A stretch of DNA of 62,495 nucleotides, counting the filler, from Sphacelaria rigidula (taxonomy: Eukaryota), in the NCBI GenBank assembly GCA_964200075.2. It is 5 parts of 5 records of this genome, joined end to end, with 100 filler letters (N's around TTAATTAATTAA, not from the genome) between each part and the next. Parts side by side here need not be neighbours in the genome. Positions count along the whole stretch, not along the records: positions 1 to 12,421 come from CAXNAA020003795.1; 4 more parts are not named here. One strand, written 5' to 3'. The notes below the pieces were generated by a model. It was not told the origin of the DNA. It searched no databases and saw nothing but the letters and a program-made list of their open reading frames with translations. Made by a program: the position numbers and the translations under genes. Shown in pieces: positions 1 to 12,521 of this stretch (its first letter is position 1; each line of letters starts with the position of its first letter).

Positions 1-98
1 GGATGACAGCCTGCAATGAGTTGCTTTATTATCTGGTATCGCCACTTCCAGAGACAGCAACGGCTTATACACTGCCTCATGGGTGTCTCACCAGCATG

Positions 99-178
99 AG
101 CTCCATGGGGGGGGGCGTACTCATTTGTTGCTTGCCTTAGTCATTTGACCATTGACCACGCAGCTCCATGGGGGGGGG
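99..178. repeat. Short G-run-anchored dispersed repeat flanked by an exact 17-bp direct repeat
   Basis: AGCTCCATG9 at 99-115 and 162-178. The insert is related to 4114-4136, 11133-11226 (reverse), 24841-24921 and 46451-46522. Confidence 0.8.
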
Positions 179-353
179 AAGGAGGCCAGCATACAAGAAT
201 GGCAATAGGTAAGCGTTGCAAAAGAAGCGGCACCCATCAAGGTGAGGATTAGCAGTAGCACTCATTACTCATCACTTCGGCTCATTACTATGCCTCAAGA
301 AGGATCCCCTGCTGTAGCCTACTCGACATTGGCAAGACTGCAGGATCGAGTAC

Positions 354-444
354 CTGGCAGTCCAACGTCGGAGACGTCTTTGCTTGAACTGTCGGTGCTG
401 GGAGCACACCATCGCACCGCAGCTTCCAGCGCTGTGTCGAACAC
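354..444 (-). CDS. Possible isolated exon of an unidentified gene (VFDTALEAAVRWCAP...)
   Basis: CCGCAG acceptor, GTACTC donor, open frame. No recognisable homology. Confidence 0.25.
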
Positions 445-3400
445 CTGCGGAACTCGAGCACGCACCCAAGCACGAGATAATTGTACAAGAATACAGTACA
501 GTACAGTACAACACAAGGACCACCAGGGGAGCACAGGAACGCTATCCGGTCAGAATTAAGATCGTGATGGGTTCTTAACCCTTTTGGAACTCACAATGGA
601 AAATTGATCATTTGCAATTGAAGATTTTTGAGCAAGATATGGTTGATGGCTCATAGCTTAAACGCAACAATTTTGGCCAAACGCGTATTTTTCAGACCCG
701 TACGAGTAGCAAGTGGAACAAGAGAAGGTTTCATATTTTCTTGCTGCGATCCGTCGGCTTTTTTTTCTACACTCATGAGGTCCTTGCTCGGCCACAGTGC
801 GCGGCAGGCCTCTGTGAAGCATGCTTCCGGCCTGACCTGCACGTCCTGCCCGCTGCAGTTTATACTCTTTGCAGTGCCATAGCAACAAGGGCAACGCCGA
901 TGGCACATTCGCTAAATGTATGAACTGGTGGTATACAATCCCAGGCAGCCACCTTTCCGTGCCGCCGGGGGTGCTGCGACACTGCCCTGTACAGTACTGG
1001 GTGTGTTTACAGCAGCTTGAGGTAATCTCGACTGCAGGCTCACGTCATGCACAACATCGCGCTCATGCACGTTCCGATAGCACCATCCCGCCCTTTAAAA
1101 AGTGGGTAATGGCGACGTAGACGCCATGTGCCCTGCGGTTACGCACCGTCACTGTGGTGTAGAGTCTGCCAAGTGCCGTCGCCCCAGGGGTGATACCATA
1201 CTGCTTCGTGTCATGTCTATTTTGTATCTTGAAAATATATATGTGAAACGCGGGGCATGCACAGAACTGCGCTCTGCCAAGTACGTGCCGAGAACATCAT
1301 ACTTCGGTCTGACTATTACACAACGGCGTAGCGAAAGGCACAGTTGCCCCACCACATCTATACCGCGGGTTGATCGTTCCCGACCGTTGCATAGACATAC
1401 TTCATGCTGCATGAGATTCATGACGCCGGCTACCGCTATCGTCTCGTGCCGTCTACTCTCGTGGCCGACTTTTCACGACATGCTCATATTTATCTTGCAC
1501 GGAGTGTAGCCCCAAGTCAATACTGTAACCTACTGTATTTACTGACTGTAGGTTTTTCATCTGGCCTGATAACGGTAGGCGGTGTCCGTCGGCTCCCTCC
1601 CGTGTACATGTATATCGCCTGTTCGGCCGCCTGCGATTACACCCGCCATGTACCGCCCGCACAACCCACTGTGCCTTCCACATGTGGTGACGGGATTTCG
1701 CTGGGTTCAGCCATACTACTGTGCTGTATGTAAGGTGTGGCTTGGCAAACTCGCTACCCGATGCTGCAGCCCGTCAAAGCGGTGCTTCCCTTATGTACAA
1801 ATGCTAATATACAAACGTGCCAGGTTGGACCCTGGAGCCCATTGCTATTTTTTTTAATGGAATGTTTCATGGTGGTTTTTCTGATTATTGTCGATGGATA
1901 TAATTGGACACACTTCATCCGTTGCGTGGTATGATTGGACAAACCTAACCCAAATTCTCCAGGGAGGACATTCTTCTCCGGGCTTCCATTATAAAAATGG
2001 TTGCCGTCGGCCTATTCTGTTTCCATGTTTTCCTCTTCGTCAGGGCTTCTCATAATAAGGCGTTTGGCCAGGGGACAGGAGCGGAGGGTTCCAAAAGGGT
2101 TTACCTCAACAGCCAAAACCAACACATGAACATTGACCAACAGCCGCAGCATGTGAAGGACACGGTAGAGCCACATCATCACTCCCATCAAGAGTGCCTA
2201 GCGCAGGGTAAAGGTCGAGTCACAGTATCTTGTCTTGAGATGTCGATACCACAAGTATTATACTCTGGCGTACTTGGTACCCGGCGATTGGTTCGCCGGG
2301 TTCTTCGGGGTATAGTGCAGGCTCCATTTATAGTGAGGCTCTTCAAACTTTCGGTGCCTCATCATAGCGTGGGAGAAGTCGTCACGAGTCCGACCCGCTA
2401 TACTATTATCGAAAAAAATAACTGAAAAAGTGCTACTAGAGTATGGTGCGGATCACACCGTAGTACGGTCATGCGGTCTTGCCGGCTATCGACACGGCAC
2501 CATGGTATGACCCCCACGGTAGTATGCTCAGTACCAAAAAATGGGGAATACTAGTCGGTGTCGTACCGGACGATATCCCAAGCGTCACTGGCTTCCATCT
2601 CAACCATGGCTGTACGGATGTTGGACAACGACGACAGAAGAACCAGCGAACGCCATCAGAACACCAGGCAGTGCTGCAACGTGATGTGATTGCTGACTTT
2701 ACCGAAGACAACTTCTCAACACATCGTGGTATCATTGTACTGGTATTCGAGCAACCCGAGGTCAGAAGGACCAAAATAGGCACGATCGTAAACTAATTGT
2801 TGTTGCGATACGTATCGCTTCGGCCGTCCGACTGGGTGTCGTGTGCTGTGTGCTGTGTGCTGTGTGCTGTGTGTGTGCGAAGCAAGACTGGTCTGGTGCT
2901 GACAAGGCACTTCGTTTCTCGGGGACAGCGGAACGAGAGGAAACCTTCAACAGGAAATCACGACCGACTCGTGACAATCTAATCAAACGTCCCTAGACGC
3001 CGTATCAACAACTTAATAGCCACCGCACCCTGCTGGTGTAATTACAATGGTCCTACTGCCACCATTAGGGTGAAGAGAACGTCGGTTCGATTCCCTACGC
3101 GCTGGGTTTTTCTTCGAAGTATCCGATTTCCGCCGTCAGAAGCGTGAGTACGTGAGTCAACAAAACGCAGTTTCCTGAGCTTATTTGACAAGAATTGCCG
3201 CGGTGCGGGATTGCTGATAATCATGACCCAATCCGCGAGACCAAAGTGCAAGGGGTGTACCGTACCGGGGAGAGACAAGTTCATCCCTTGAGACTCACTA
3301 GTGGACCACGGACTCGTCCCGAGCAACGGGAGGGGTTCAAAGTGACAGAAGAAAAAAAAAGGCTGACGTACCCTTCGGAATGCCTTGCAAAACGGAGGGT

Positions 3401-3873
3401 GCTTGGCACACTACCATTAGCTACCACCCTCACCTCTTATGCATGACAGCACAAACGAGATTGGTCACGTTCAGACAACGGAAAACAAAAGAGTGAAAGG
3501 AAGGAGATGAAAAGTGTACGGCACAAACGGTGCATACGGCGCACATCGCGCACACGGCGTGTACAACATCCAAGCCCATTTTGTGCGATGAGGACAAGAG
3601 GACAAGAGGACAAGTGACAAGACTCCTTTCCAGCGCACTTGCTTGCCGCCATTCACATCACCTGAAGCTGGAAAATCCTTCCACCAAACGCTCTGGCTTT
3701 GGCGGCCTTTGGCACGCCTAGAGCCAGAATTAGCTCCAACACTTCCACCCTGCTCACCTCCGTCGTGTTTCACCCACCCAAAGCTCGAGTAAGCTCTCTT
3801 CCAACGTATGACAGCTCACACTAACTGCATAGCTGCATAGAACATCTGGCCAAAATACATTGATAATATCTAA

Positions 3874-4169
3874 GACACTTTCTACGGTAGCCCCCCGTCA
3901 AAACGTGCATGGTTTTGGGAGGCAAAATCTTCACGTGAATCGAAATGGGAAAAGCCGAGCACAACGAGAAGCTGGAAATTCCCACGCTTGGGTTCGTTCT
4001 AGCGAATGTCGCCAATATGAGGCGCTTCATGCACAGCCTGAATGCAGCCTGAACCCGAACATCAGGCGCTGTATGGCCATTTTTTTCGTGACACTTTTAG
4101 CTGGTTTTGGGTGTACTCATGATCATGCATGCCATAGGTTTTGGGTGGGGGGCTATCGTAGAAAGTGTC
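3874..4169 (+). mobile_element. MITE (GACAC/GTTTCTACG.TAGCCCCCC TIR family)
   Basis: TIRs of about 23 bp. Internal sequence is highly similar to 53230-53504. No matching TSD is visible for this copy. Confidence 0.85.
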
Positions 4170-4213
4170 CACCGGGCCCATATTTTTCCTCTTGAGGGGG
4201 GGCTTTGACGTGA

Positions 4214-5101
4214 GTGAAGATCTCACTTTCCACCTACAACAACTCACGCTCAAAAAGGTGGCTCACGTTACGCACGCGTCCGCCAACCAGCTTCAAAACC
4301 TGGCCAATTTCAAGACCGTGGACTTCAGAAAAAGCGGTGCCACCAGGCTCGACCCCCATGGACATGCCGGCTGATGTGTATTTCCACACGTTTGTCGCGT
4401 CCCTGTTCACGGTTTTGCTCACCCCCATGGAGCACGCTCCCGAGTTATGCAAGACACGCACGCGCGCCCTTCAGTCGGAGTTCGAATCAGTAGCTAACCA
4501 AGTAAGGGAGAATACAGATTACCATTACACATCACTGTAACCACATAGAACGACGGTCCGCGCCACGCTTCCAACAGCCATGGGCACCGGCATAGAGGAG
4601 TTCTTCTACCGGGTGGCACTCCAGGCACAACAGCTCCGGAGAATATATCTGGCCGTCGTACTGCCGTCGACGACGGGGGAGCCGATAGCGGCGCCGGCTC
4701 TTATGAAACTAAAAGCCTTCGTCACCGAGGACAGGCCCAACTACCTCGTCGAGAAATCTGCATTCTGACCGATCCGAAAGGCAAAACCCAACAAAAAACG
4801 TAAAGCGACGTCGCAGGCAGGCTTCGCAGCTCCCCCCTCTTCGAGCAACACCACGCCGGCGGGACCCCCGTCGACTTTCGCGCAGAGAAAGGTCCAGTGG
4901 CAGACCCCGAAGGATGTGTGCGTCTACCACTGGCAAAGCCAACCGTGCACGCGGAATAACTGTAGGTTCTCACACGATATCGTGTCTCCACTGGCATCCG
5001 GGCAGACGCAGGCTACGCCGACGCCGACAGCGCCGGCGCCGGCCCAAACACCGCCCCCGCCCCCGCCCCCGCCCCCGCAACCCCCGGTAACCCCGGCATA
5101 G
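4214..5101 (+). pseudogene. Gag-like ORF1 of the YR retrotransposon with a C-terminal CCCH zinc finger
   Basis: ORF pieces 4214-4540 and 4580-4768 are in frame, and 4916-5101 follows. CVYHWQSQPCTRNNCRFSH (C-x8-C-x4-C-x3-H) is followed by a Pro-rich tail. Lies upstream of RT. Confidence 0.65.
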
Positions 5102-5598
5102 CATACACTACCTCAGGTGCACCAACTTCCCGCTCACCAGCACCAGCAATGGGCGCCCGCCCCGGCACTGGTAGCACGTTACTCACACAGCTACGGGGGG
5201 CGCGGCGGAGGAAGGAGGGGGAAGCGCCGCCGGCGGGAAAGAAAATGGGAGCGGATGAGGGCGCGGGCTCTGCCCACCGGCAGGGCCGACATTGACAGGA
5301 GAAGCGGGTAGCGACGTGAACACGATGTTCGCGGACGCCTCTGGGTCCGTGGGGCTTATCGGGGCACCTTCACATGGGTCGGTCCCAGCGACCGTGTTTC
5401 ATGGTGAGAGATGTAGAGAGCAGACAGGGGTAGCGGTGCCTTGCGGCCGGGGTTGTGAACACATCGGAGATCAGGGTTACGAATGAAACGGTAGCAGAAA
5501 CCCACTCAGCTTCGCTCTCACAGGCGGTCGGCGTAGCGCGACCGACAACAGTAACCCCTGGTACATTAGAACAAGCCACCCCATTTTTGCATGCAGCG

Positions 5599-6057
5599 GG
5601 GACCAGTTACACCATTCCTGGACGTTGGGCCAGTTACCCCTTCAGTGACCGTGGGGCCAGTTACCTCTTCAGTGACCGTGGGACCAGTTACTTCTTAAAC
5701 GATCATGGGGCCAGTTACCCCGTAAGTGATCATGGGGTCAGTTACCCCAGTAGTGACCGTGGGGCCAATTATCCCTTAAACAAGCATGGGGGCAGTTACC
5801 CCTTAGGTGACCATGGGCCCAGTTACCCCTTCATTGACCGTGGGGCCAGTTACCCCTTCATTGACCGTGGGGCCAGTCACCTCATTACTGACTATGGGGC
5901 CAGGTACCCCTTCACTGACCATGGGGCCAGTTACCCCTCCAGTGAGCACGAGGACAGTTACTCCACCAGTGATCGTAGGATCAGTTACCACCTCAGTAAA
6001 CTCACGGCCAGTTACCCTTCCGGCGAACCCGGGGCCAGTTACCCCGCTAGTAATTCC
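5599..6057 (+). repeat. 27-bp tandem array (about 17 units) encoding GASYPxxDx repeats upstream of RT
   Basis: Core GGGGCCAGTTACCCC recurs every 27 nt, and ORF 5455-6141 stays open across the array. Confidence 0.95.
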
Positions 6058-8025
6058 TCAACGGATCAAGGAGCCAGTAGTTCCGCGTCCGGTGTAGAAC
6101 AGAAAACAGGCGTATCATTTATTTGTTGGTTTTTTGTCTAGCGGGTCGGCGGCGGTGCCGCTTCCTAAGGGTGGAGATGAGTCGGGACAGTCAGACGCTG
6201 AACTGGTTGCACTGTGGTACTCATAAAAAGGAGAGTTGGAAAAATCAGGTATCACAGCCAAGAAAAAGGAAGGCATACTGTACAGACTCACAAATATCTG
6301 CACGCGCATCACAGAAAAACACGGTGGACGCATTGGGGATGTCACGAGGTCTATCGAGGGACTGCTAGTCACGCCGCCAGTAGATCCGCACGAAATCAGG
6401 AAATATTTCGGTGAGAAAGAGGGTTTCCCGCAGACAGACGAACTCGTTACTATCGTATCCAGAAGTGTCCCCGTCGGCGCGACAGTCACTACATCCCCCA
6501 CGCAAGAGAACCTCGACTGCGCACTACAGTATGGCAACCACAGTAGTGCCCACGATCAACTACCAAAATGTTGGGGGAAACTGGGAGACGATGTACGCAA
6601 GGGAAAGTGTCTGATAGTCGAAAAGTCGGCCGCCCAAACAATTCCGAACCTGCGGTTGTCCCCCCCGGGAGCAGTAACCACACACAAAGTCCGCATAATA
6701 AACTATTTGTCTTTCGACGCGCAACGCACTCGTAAAAGAAGAAGAGGGTTGAACGGTGACACAAACCCTGAAGACGTTCCGGCCTGTTTATGCGGAGAAG
6801 CGCTGCAGAAGTTCCTAAAAGAAATCATTTCATCACGAAAAAAATACTCCAAAAAACGCATACTAATGGCAAAGGCAGATGTATCGGATGCGTTCCGTAA
6901 TGTGAGGATAGATCCAGACCACGCCCATCAATTCGGCTACATTATGGATAGCCTAGTCGTGTGTGACTTCCGGCTCACTTTCGGCTGGTCAAGCTCGCCA
7001 GGTTTCTGGGGAGTATTGGCATCGGCGGCAAAACACGCCCACTGCAACACGAAGACTGACAACGCGGTTTTACTGACAGAAGGCAAGGAGATAACAGCTC
7101 ACGTAAAGATAGTCGATAGGTGGGAAACGGGGCACCCCACACCAATTCCAAAACAATTTACGACCACCCCACACCCAGCAGGAGGCTTACATGATAATTT
7201 CTTCACGTCAGTGTACGTAGACGATTATCTGCAGATTCGCGTATAGCACTCTGATGACGACACGAAAGCTTTGATCGCGTCCGCGTCCCTCGCACCCGAC
7301 CACGTCAGACTCTTCGGCAACGGAGAAGAAGGCGAGACACCTATCCTAGCCCCCCCAAAGAGTACAGATTGAGATACTGAGATAGAGGCGTTGGGCCTGA
7401 CCGTTGACGCGCACACTATGCGGGTTTCCGTATCCCACGAGAAGGTTAAGGCGCTCCGACAAACGTTGCTAACCGAGTGTCCCCCCACTCGACGTTAAGC
7501 GATCGCTAGAGAAATATTGAGCCTGGCAGGAAAGCTGTAGAACCTCACATATGCAATGCGACCAGGAAAGTATTTCGTCTCTGGAGGACTCTGCGACTTG
7601 CAGGGCTCAACAATTCTAGAGCGAGAGACAACCAGAGCCGTATAGTAGAGGTAGGACAAGAATTTCACGCCGACCTGAATTTTTGGAAGTGGGCGATCGA
7701 GGCCAAGCTCCTGCAGCATGGTGAGTCTCTGAGTGCACCCTGCTACTCCATAGGAAAGCGACCTGCCCACCGACGCTAACTCTCGGGCGCAAGCTTCGAA
7801 GCCGTAGGCGGCTACTGCCCGGAGAAAAGAACATACTGGAGATACGACTTACCACCGGAACTTATCGCAGAACTCAAAAGAAAGGCTCAACTTTGCGAAA
7901 CATTCCCACACCATTAACTTCCTGGAGTTCCTGGGGATGGTAGTCACCGCCTGGGTCATGGTCGAATTGGTTAACGACAAAGCCGAAAATCAGGGCGACC
8001 CAGTCTTAATGCGCAGGGACAACGT

Positions 8026-8278
8026 GAGTGATGCCACGATAGGGGTTGCACGTTTTGTTCCTGGGTCTCCTTTTTGTAGGAGCCTGAATATACGGGGCTG
8101 ACTGTGCAACCCAAATCTCCGGGGACAGGACATGGAGATACACACAGGGGCCTTTTCATGAATCGGCAACATTTTCAGTCTTTTTCAAGTGAAAATGATG
8201 CCGATTCTCAAAATTATCCGTGCAACACCCCGAGGAACAATTTCGCTCAAAACGTGCAACCCTATCGTAGCATCACTC
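8026..8278 (+). mobile_element. MITE with GAGTGATGC.ACGATAGGG TIRs and 4-bp TSD ACGT (Sola-like)
   Basis: TIRs at both ends. ACGT at 8022-8025 and 8279-8282. Excision restores RNase H codons D-N-V-A-A. Confidence 0.92.
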
Positions 8279-8410
8279 ACGTAGCGGCAGTTAAGTGAGT
8301 CAACCGGTGCGGGGGCGCAAAAGATAAACGCGCAGGGTTACCCATGAGAATCCTCGGGAGGCTGGAAATCACGAGGGGTGGAGCCACGGGGCAAAACACA
8401 TTGAAGGGAT

Positions 8411-8664
8411 GAGTGATGCTACGACAGGGTTGCATTTTTTGAGCGAAATAATGGTTTCTCGGCGTGTTGCACAGATAATTTTGAGAATCGGCATCATTTT
8501 CACTTGAAAAAGACTGAAAATGATGCATTCATGAAAAGGCCCCTGTGTGCATCTCCATGTCCTGTCCCCGGAGATTTGGGTTGCACAGTAAGCCCCATAT
8601 ATTTAGGCTCCTACAAAAAGGAGACCCAGAAACAAAAAGTGCAACCCCTATCGTAGCATCACTC
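8411..8664 (-). mobile_element. MITE of the same family in opposite orientation, 4-bp TSD GGAT
   Basis: Near reverse complement of 8026-8278. GGAT at 8407-8410 and 8665-8668. Excision restores H-I-E-G-I-Q-N-V-L-A-D. Confidence 0.92.
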
Positions 8665-9029
8665 GGATCCAAAACGTACTAGCGGATGGAATTTCACGCT
8701 GGCCACGGGCGGAGCTAGACAGACGAGTAAGGGAGCACACCAACGACAACAACTGGTCGGAACAAGTCATCGGTCCACGGAGAGAGAGCACCTTCCACAT
8801 CATCCTAAAAACCAAGAATATCACCGTCCGACACGACAGAACGCTGTGGTCGCGCATGATAGAACACAGTTGACGATGAAATACTCGAACAACAAAACAA
8901 AAAGTACCATCATCGAGATACAACCACAATGCAGGTGTGAATATATATATATATATATATATAGGGTTTCCCTTCGGGAGGCTGGTACGGGCCTCCGGGG
9001 GTGGCCCAAGTCGAAAATATATTTTGTCA

Positions 9030-10985
9030 AGTTTTCCACGATCTCGAAGAGTTGTGGTTTGGGATTGACACCACGGGAAAACAGGCCAGTTTGAGCGACT
9101 TTAGGTGGCCAGAACACGCGCCACAGGTATCAGATGGCGCCAAACCTGAACGGTAATGTACCGCTGAGTCTTCTCGGTGCGCCGCAATAGGACGTGTGGG
9201 AAACATTGCCTTGCCGCCAGAGAAAACTCGGCAAAAGCGGTGAAATGATACATGTACATGATATACATCGCGCGTAAAGGCACTGACAGCGCTTGCACGA
9301 CCGTGCCTCCTAAAGTGAGTACCTCTACAGGCGATACCAAGATAGGTATCGCGTAGAATGTCATCATCCAGAGTGTACCCAATACGGATCTATGCTTGTT
9401 TTCTGGGGCAGGAGCCACTCAACAGGTCATGATGTGAAAGTGAGCGCATCTGCGTGTCCACATATGCATTCACTGACGTCTCACATAGTCTGGGCCGAGG
9501 GGAGTCCGTTTTGAGGGCGTATCGATGGCACTGCCCAGAATCCATATTCACTTCGTGCGTCTGGCGCACCACGCAAAACGTGCCGCCGATGCGGGAATAT
9601 GCTGTCTGTGTTGTGGTCTACCTCTGTGCAAATTTTCAGGCTGGTTCGTCCAGGCACGGCGGAGAAATCCACGAGCAAAGTAAGGCTTGACTTGCACTGA
9701 AAATACAGTACTAAGCCGTCGAAAGATACATGAGGTTCGTACTCGTATGATTCTCCCTGTTATCCTTGTCACAAGGACAAACCTGCCTGTAATGCGTGAG
9801 AGGACTGCGTGCTTAGAGGACCGCGCCGTGGTTCAAAACACCTCAGGATCGACGTTTTTCGAAACCAATCGGGCCAGTCCCTGCAGGTACCACGCCCATG
9901 ACGCCGACACTAGCCCTAACCCTAACCATAGGGATATTCAAATTCCGATGCGGTCCTCTAAGCACGCGGTCCTCTCACTCATTACACTGTTAACCCTGCC
10001 ACAAGGATATCCCTGCGTCTGTACTTCGCAGGTGCATCCCACGGGTTGCATGATCACAGGGATTTCAGCACCGCCATTTGCTGGTCAAAACAGGTGGCCC
10101 ATAGTAGGGACGTTTGCCGACGTGTGTGCCTTGTTCACCTCGTCAAAGGCTCACCGCACGGTCTGGTGTTTGTTGCTGACTAAGGCCAAGTGTCACAAGG
10201 TCCGCGCCGCACGAGTCGGGAAGGGTTCACACACGATAGGTTGATGTCTACTTGACTCAAGGCTCTTGTTTATAGAATGCTTTCACGAAGTCTGCGGCAC
10301 AACTCGTGAGGGGTTCACGCACAATAGGTTGATGTCTGCTTGACTCAAGGCTCTTGTTTATAGAATGTTTTTCCTTCTTGCTCAATGCTCTTCCACGCTT
10401 GCGGCTCACCAATCGGACAATAGTCAGATGTTGATAGCTCCTGGTTGCTTAGAACAGTGCCGAGGTGTGTACGAGAGCGGTTACTCCTACCCATTTTATA
10501 GGGGTACATACTATATCTGACCCTCCGATCAGACCCGTCAGCCAAGATTCGAGCATTCAAGACTCAATGCTGCTTGTCCTCATGACACAAGGCAATATTC
10601 CATTGTTTTCAACTGTATTGCTCTCATGTTCTCGTGGCGGCATAAGCGGTGTACTCGTGCTCCCAAATAAACGAGAACCTGACGAAGAGAAACACGGGGG
10701 GGAAATACCCCGCCAACAGTCATCCTGGTGCTTGAAGTTTTTCATGAACTTGGGGAGGCTTTTGTGGTTCGGGATCGATACCCCGCGAAAAAGAGCCAGT
10801 GAGGGCGACTTTCGATGGCCAGAACACGCGCCACAGGTATCAGATGACACCCAAACCTGAAGGGTAATGTATCGCTGCGCCTTCTCCCTGCACTGCAAAA
10901 GTAAGCGCGTGATGAGATGCCTTGCCGCCAGAGAAAACTCGGTAAAAGTGGTGAAAAAAGTGAAATGATATATGTGCATGTATAT
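9030..10985 (+). repeat. Diverged direct repeat of about 240 bp (9030-9270 vs 10735-10985) inside the insertion separating RNase H and YR
   Basis: Shared blocks TGGCCAGAACACGCGCCACAGGTATCAGATG and TGCCTTGCCGCCAGAGAAAACTCGG. A separate tandem duplication of about 60 bp lies at 10223-10372. Confidence 0.8.
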
Positions 10986-11229
10986 AATAGGTGTACTCAG
11001 TCACCTACAGTACATATAAAAATGACTGTCACCCCGCATGCGACGGAGGCGGTCATGGAGCCACTGGATAGGACATCATGCCACCCCCTAACCTCACCCG
11101 AGCCTGGTAGCCTGGTCCGGCGAGAACCCGGCGTGCTCCGTTTTGTATGGATGCGAGGTCAATGGTCTGATGACTATGGCATGCATGATCATGAGTACAC
11201 CCCTCACCCCCCCACCCCACCCCCCCTGA

Positions 11230-12322
11230 ACGCAGGAACAGGAGAAACCGGGGGGCACAGCAGGAAGGAAGTAGCGGGTTTAGTTCAAGCGCTGGTGCTG
11301 GGGGGCGTTTGGGGTAGCACCTACAAGACTTATAAAGCGCGTTTTGAAGCGTGAGAAAAGATGCGCTATGCACAGGGAAGATCACCTTGGATGACAGAAA
11401 ACGATGAGCCGGACCACGTGATCAGTGCACTGACCGAATTCATGGCTATGCGATGTTTCGTACTCAACAACTAACAATCCACCATAAGAGGTTACCTCGC
11501 CGCCATCTAGTAGTTTCACAAAGTGTATGTCGGATGGGACTTACCTACAACGCCCTGCAGGATTCGGGCTATAGGAAAAGAGATTGGTGAATCACACGCA
11601 TCGACTCAAGGAAAACCGCACATCAGGCGGCCGTTGACTTAGGCATTGCTAAAACAAGGGCGGCAGACAATAACCGAGGACCCGGATGGGGGGTCACGTT
11701 ATGTGGCTTGGTCTTGAGCTCTCGTACTTTTTGCCGTGCAGGGCATCCGAGTTGTGGGCGTACCCCGACGGTACCGTCCATCCAGAATTCTGCTTAACCT
11801 GCAATTGCATCAGTTTTTTCCGGGGAGACGTACAGTTAGATTTCGCGAACCGCGCGTTTGCGAACCAAGTGAACATTCACTTCGTTGCCTCCAAATTCGA
11901 TAAAAAAAAGGACAGGTTGCATCATCACGAGAACGAGGATAGTTGATTCGGTGCGATCGGGCGGAGTACCGGCGGGCGCGTTCGAGGCGCGGTTGGGCTT
12001 CTTGGACGTGCACCCACAACTGCCAGGCCAAGCACCTCTGACCACGAGAGCCACGCCGATGGGATGAAAGGCGTTTACTCGGATTAAAGCAGTAACCGCA
12101 TTAAGAAGCATGGTCAGCCGTGCGGGCAGAGACCCGTCCGAATACGCTTTACACTCAGGCAGGATAGGTGGGGCCACGCAACTAGCGGCTCGAGGAATCT
12201 CCGAACTACATATTCAACGAGCAGGACGGTGGGAGTCGAGGTCATTTATGGTTTATGTCAGGGAGGCGGGGGAGAGCGCAGAGGGCGTCACCGTCGCGCT
12301 AGGGGAACAGCGAGTAGGGTAG
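11230..12322 (+). pseudogene. Tyrosine recombinase of the YR retrotransposon
   Basis: SYFLPCRASEL supplies the first catalytic Arg, and YALHSGRIGGAT...AGRWESRSFMVYVR supplies HxxR, W and Y. Premature stops in the N-terminal part. Confidence 0.92.
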
Positions 12323-12325
12323 CCA

Positions 12326-12421
12326 GAGTCATCCTACGATAGGGGGGGGTATTTGGTTGCACGAAAAAAGAGGCCCCTAAGTGTATCAGCCATCCTTCCA
12401 CACTTGCGGTGCGCTTGTATT
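12326..12421 (+). mobile_element. Terminus of a related TIR element running into an assembly gap
   Basis: GAGTCATCCTACGATAGGGG start resembles the MITE TIR, and the segment is near-identical to 37329-37426. Confidence 0.7.
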
Positions 12422-12521
12422 NNNNNNNNNNNNNNNNNNNNNNNNNNNNNNNNNNNNNNNNNNNNTTAATTAATTAANNNNNNNNNNNNNNNNNNNNNNN
12501 NNNNNNNNNNNNNNNNNNNNN
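12422..12521. other. Assembly gap linker (N44-TTAATTAATTAA-N44); the same linker occurs at 24942-25041, 37461-37560 and 49979-50078
   Basis: Identical 100-nt structure four times, with stop codons in all six frames. Artificial. Confidence 0.97.

Larger units (their letters stand above)
6236..8873 (+). pseudogene. Reverse transcriptase / RNase H of the YR retrotransposon
   Basis: ORF 6236-7246 contains MAKADVSDAFRNV, LTFGWSSSPGFW and SVYVDDY. Downstream RNase H remnants are SFEAVGGYC, INFLEFLGMVV, DNVAAV and HIEGIQNVLADGISRW; the last two are restored after removing two MITEs. Confidence 0.92.
4170..12325 (+). mobile_element. Degenerate tyrosine-recombinase retrotransposon (DIRS/Ngaro-like), interrupted by nested insertions; ends approximate
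   Basis: Colinear gag-like ORF with CCCH finger, RT (ADVSDAFR, FGW, YVDD), RNase H and tyrosine recombinase on one strand. Many stops and frameshifts. Terminal repeats not identified. Confidence 0.9.

Noticed and set aside
5599-6057. CRISPR-like repeat/spacer array next to an RT
   Set aside because: The variable parts are only 12 nt and resemble each other, the period is a fixed 27 nt in frame, there are no cas genes, and the context is eukaryotic. It is a coding minisatellite.
8026-8664. Single 639-bp composite transposon with 250-bp TIRs
   Set aside because: Each arm has its own distinct TSD and the outer flanks do not match.
9914-9927. Telomere-like CCCTAA repeats (also about 26043-26062)
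   Set aside because: Only 2-3 imperfect units, too short to call an interstitial telomere.
11230-12322. Phage or prokaryotic integrase acquired by horizontal transfer
   Set aside because: It is colinear with DIRS-type RT/RNase H in both copies, so it is the normal YR of these retrotransposons.
12466-12477. Recurrent TTAATTAATTAA palindrome (four times)
   Set aside because: Always centred in 100-nt N blocks; it is an artificial scaffold linker.
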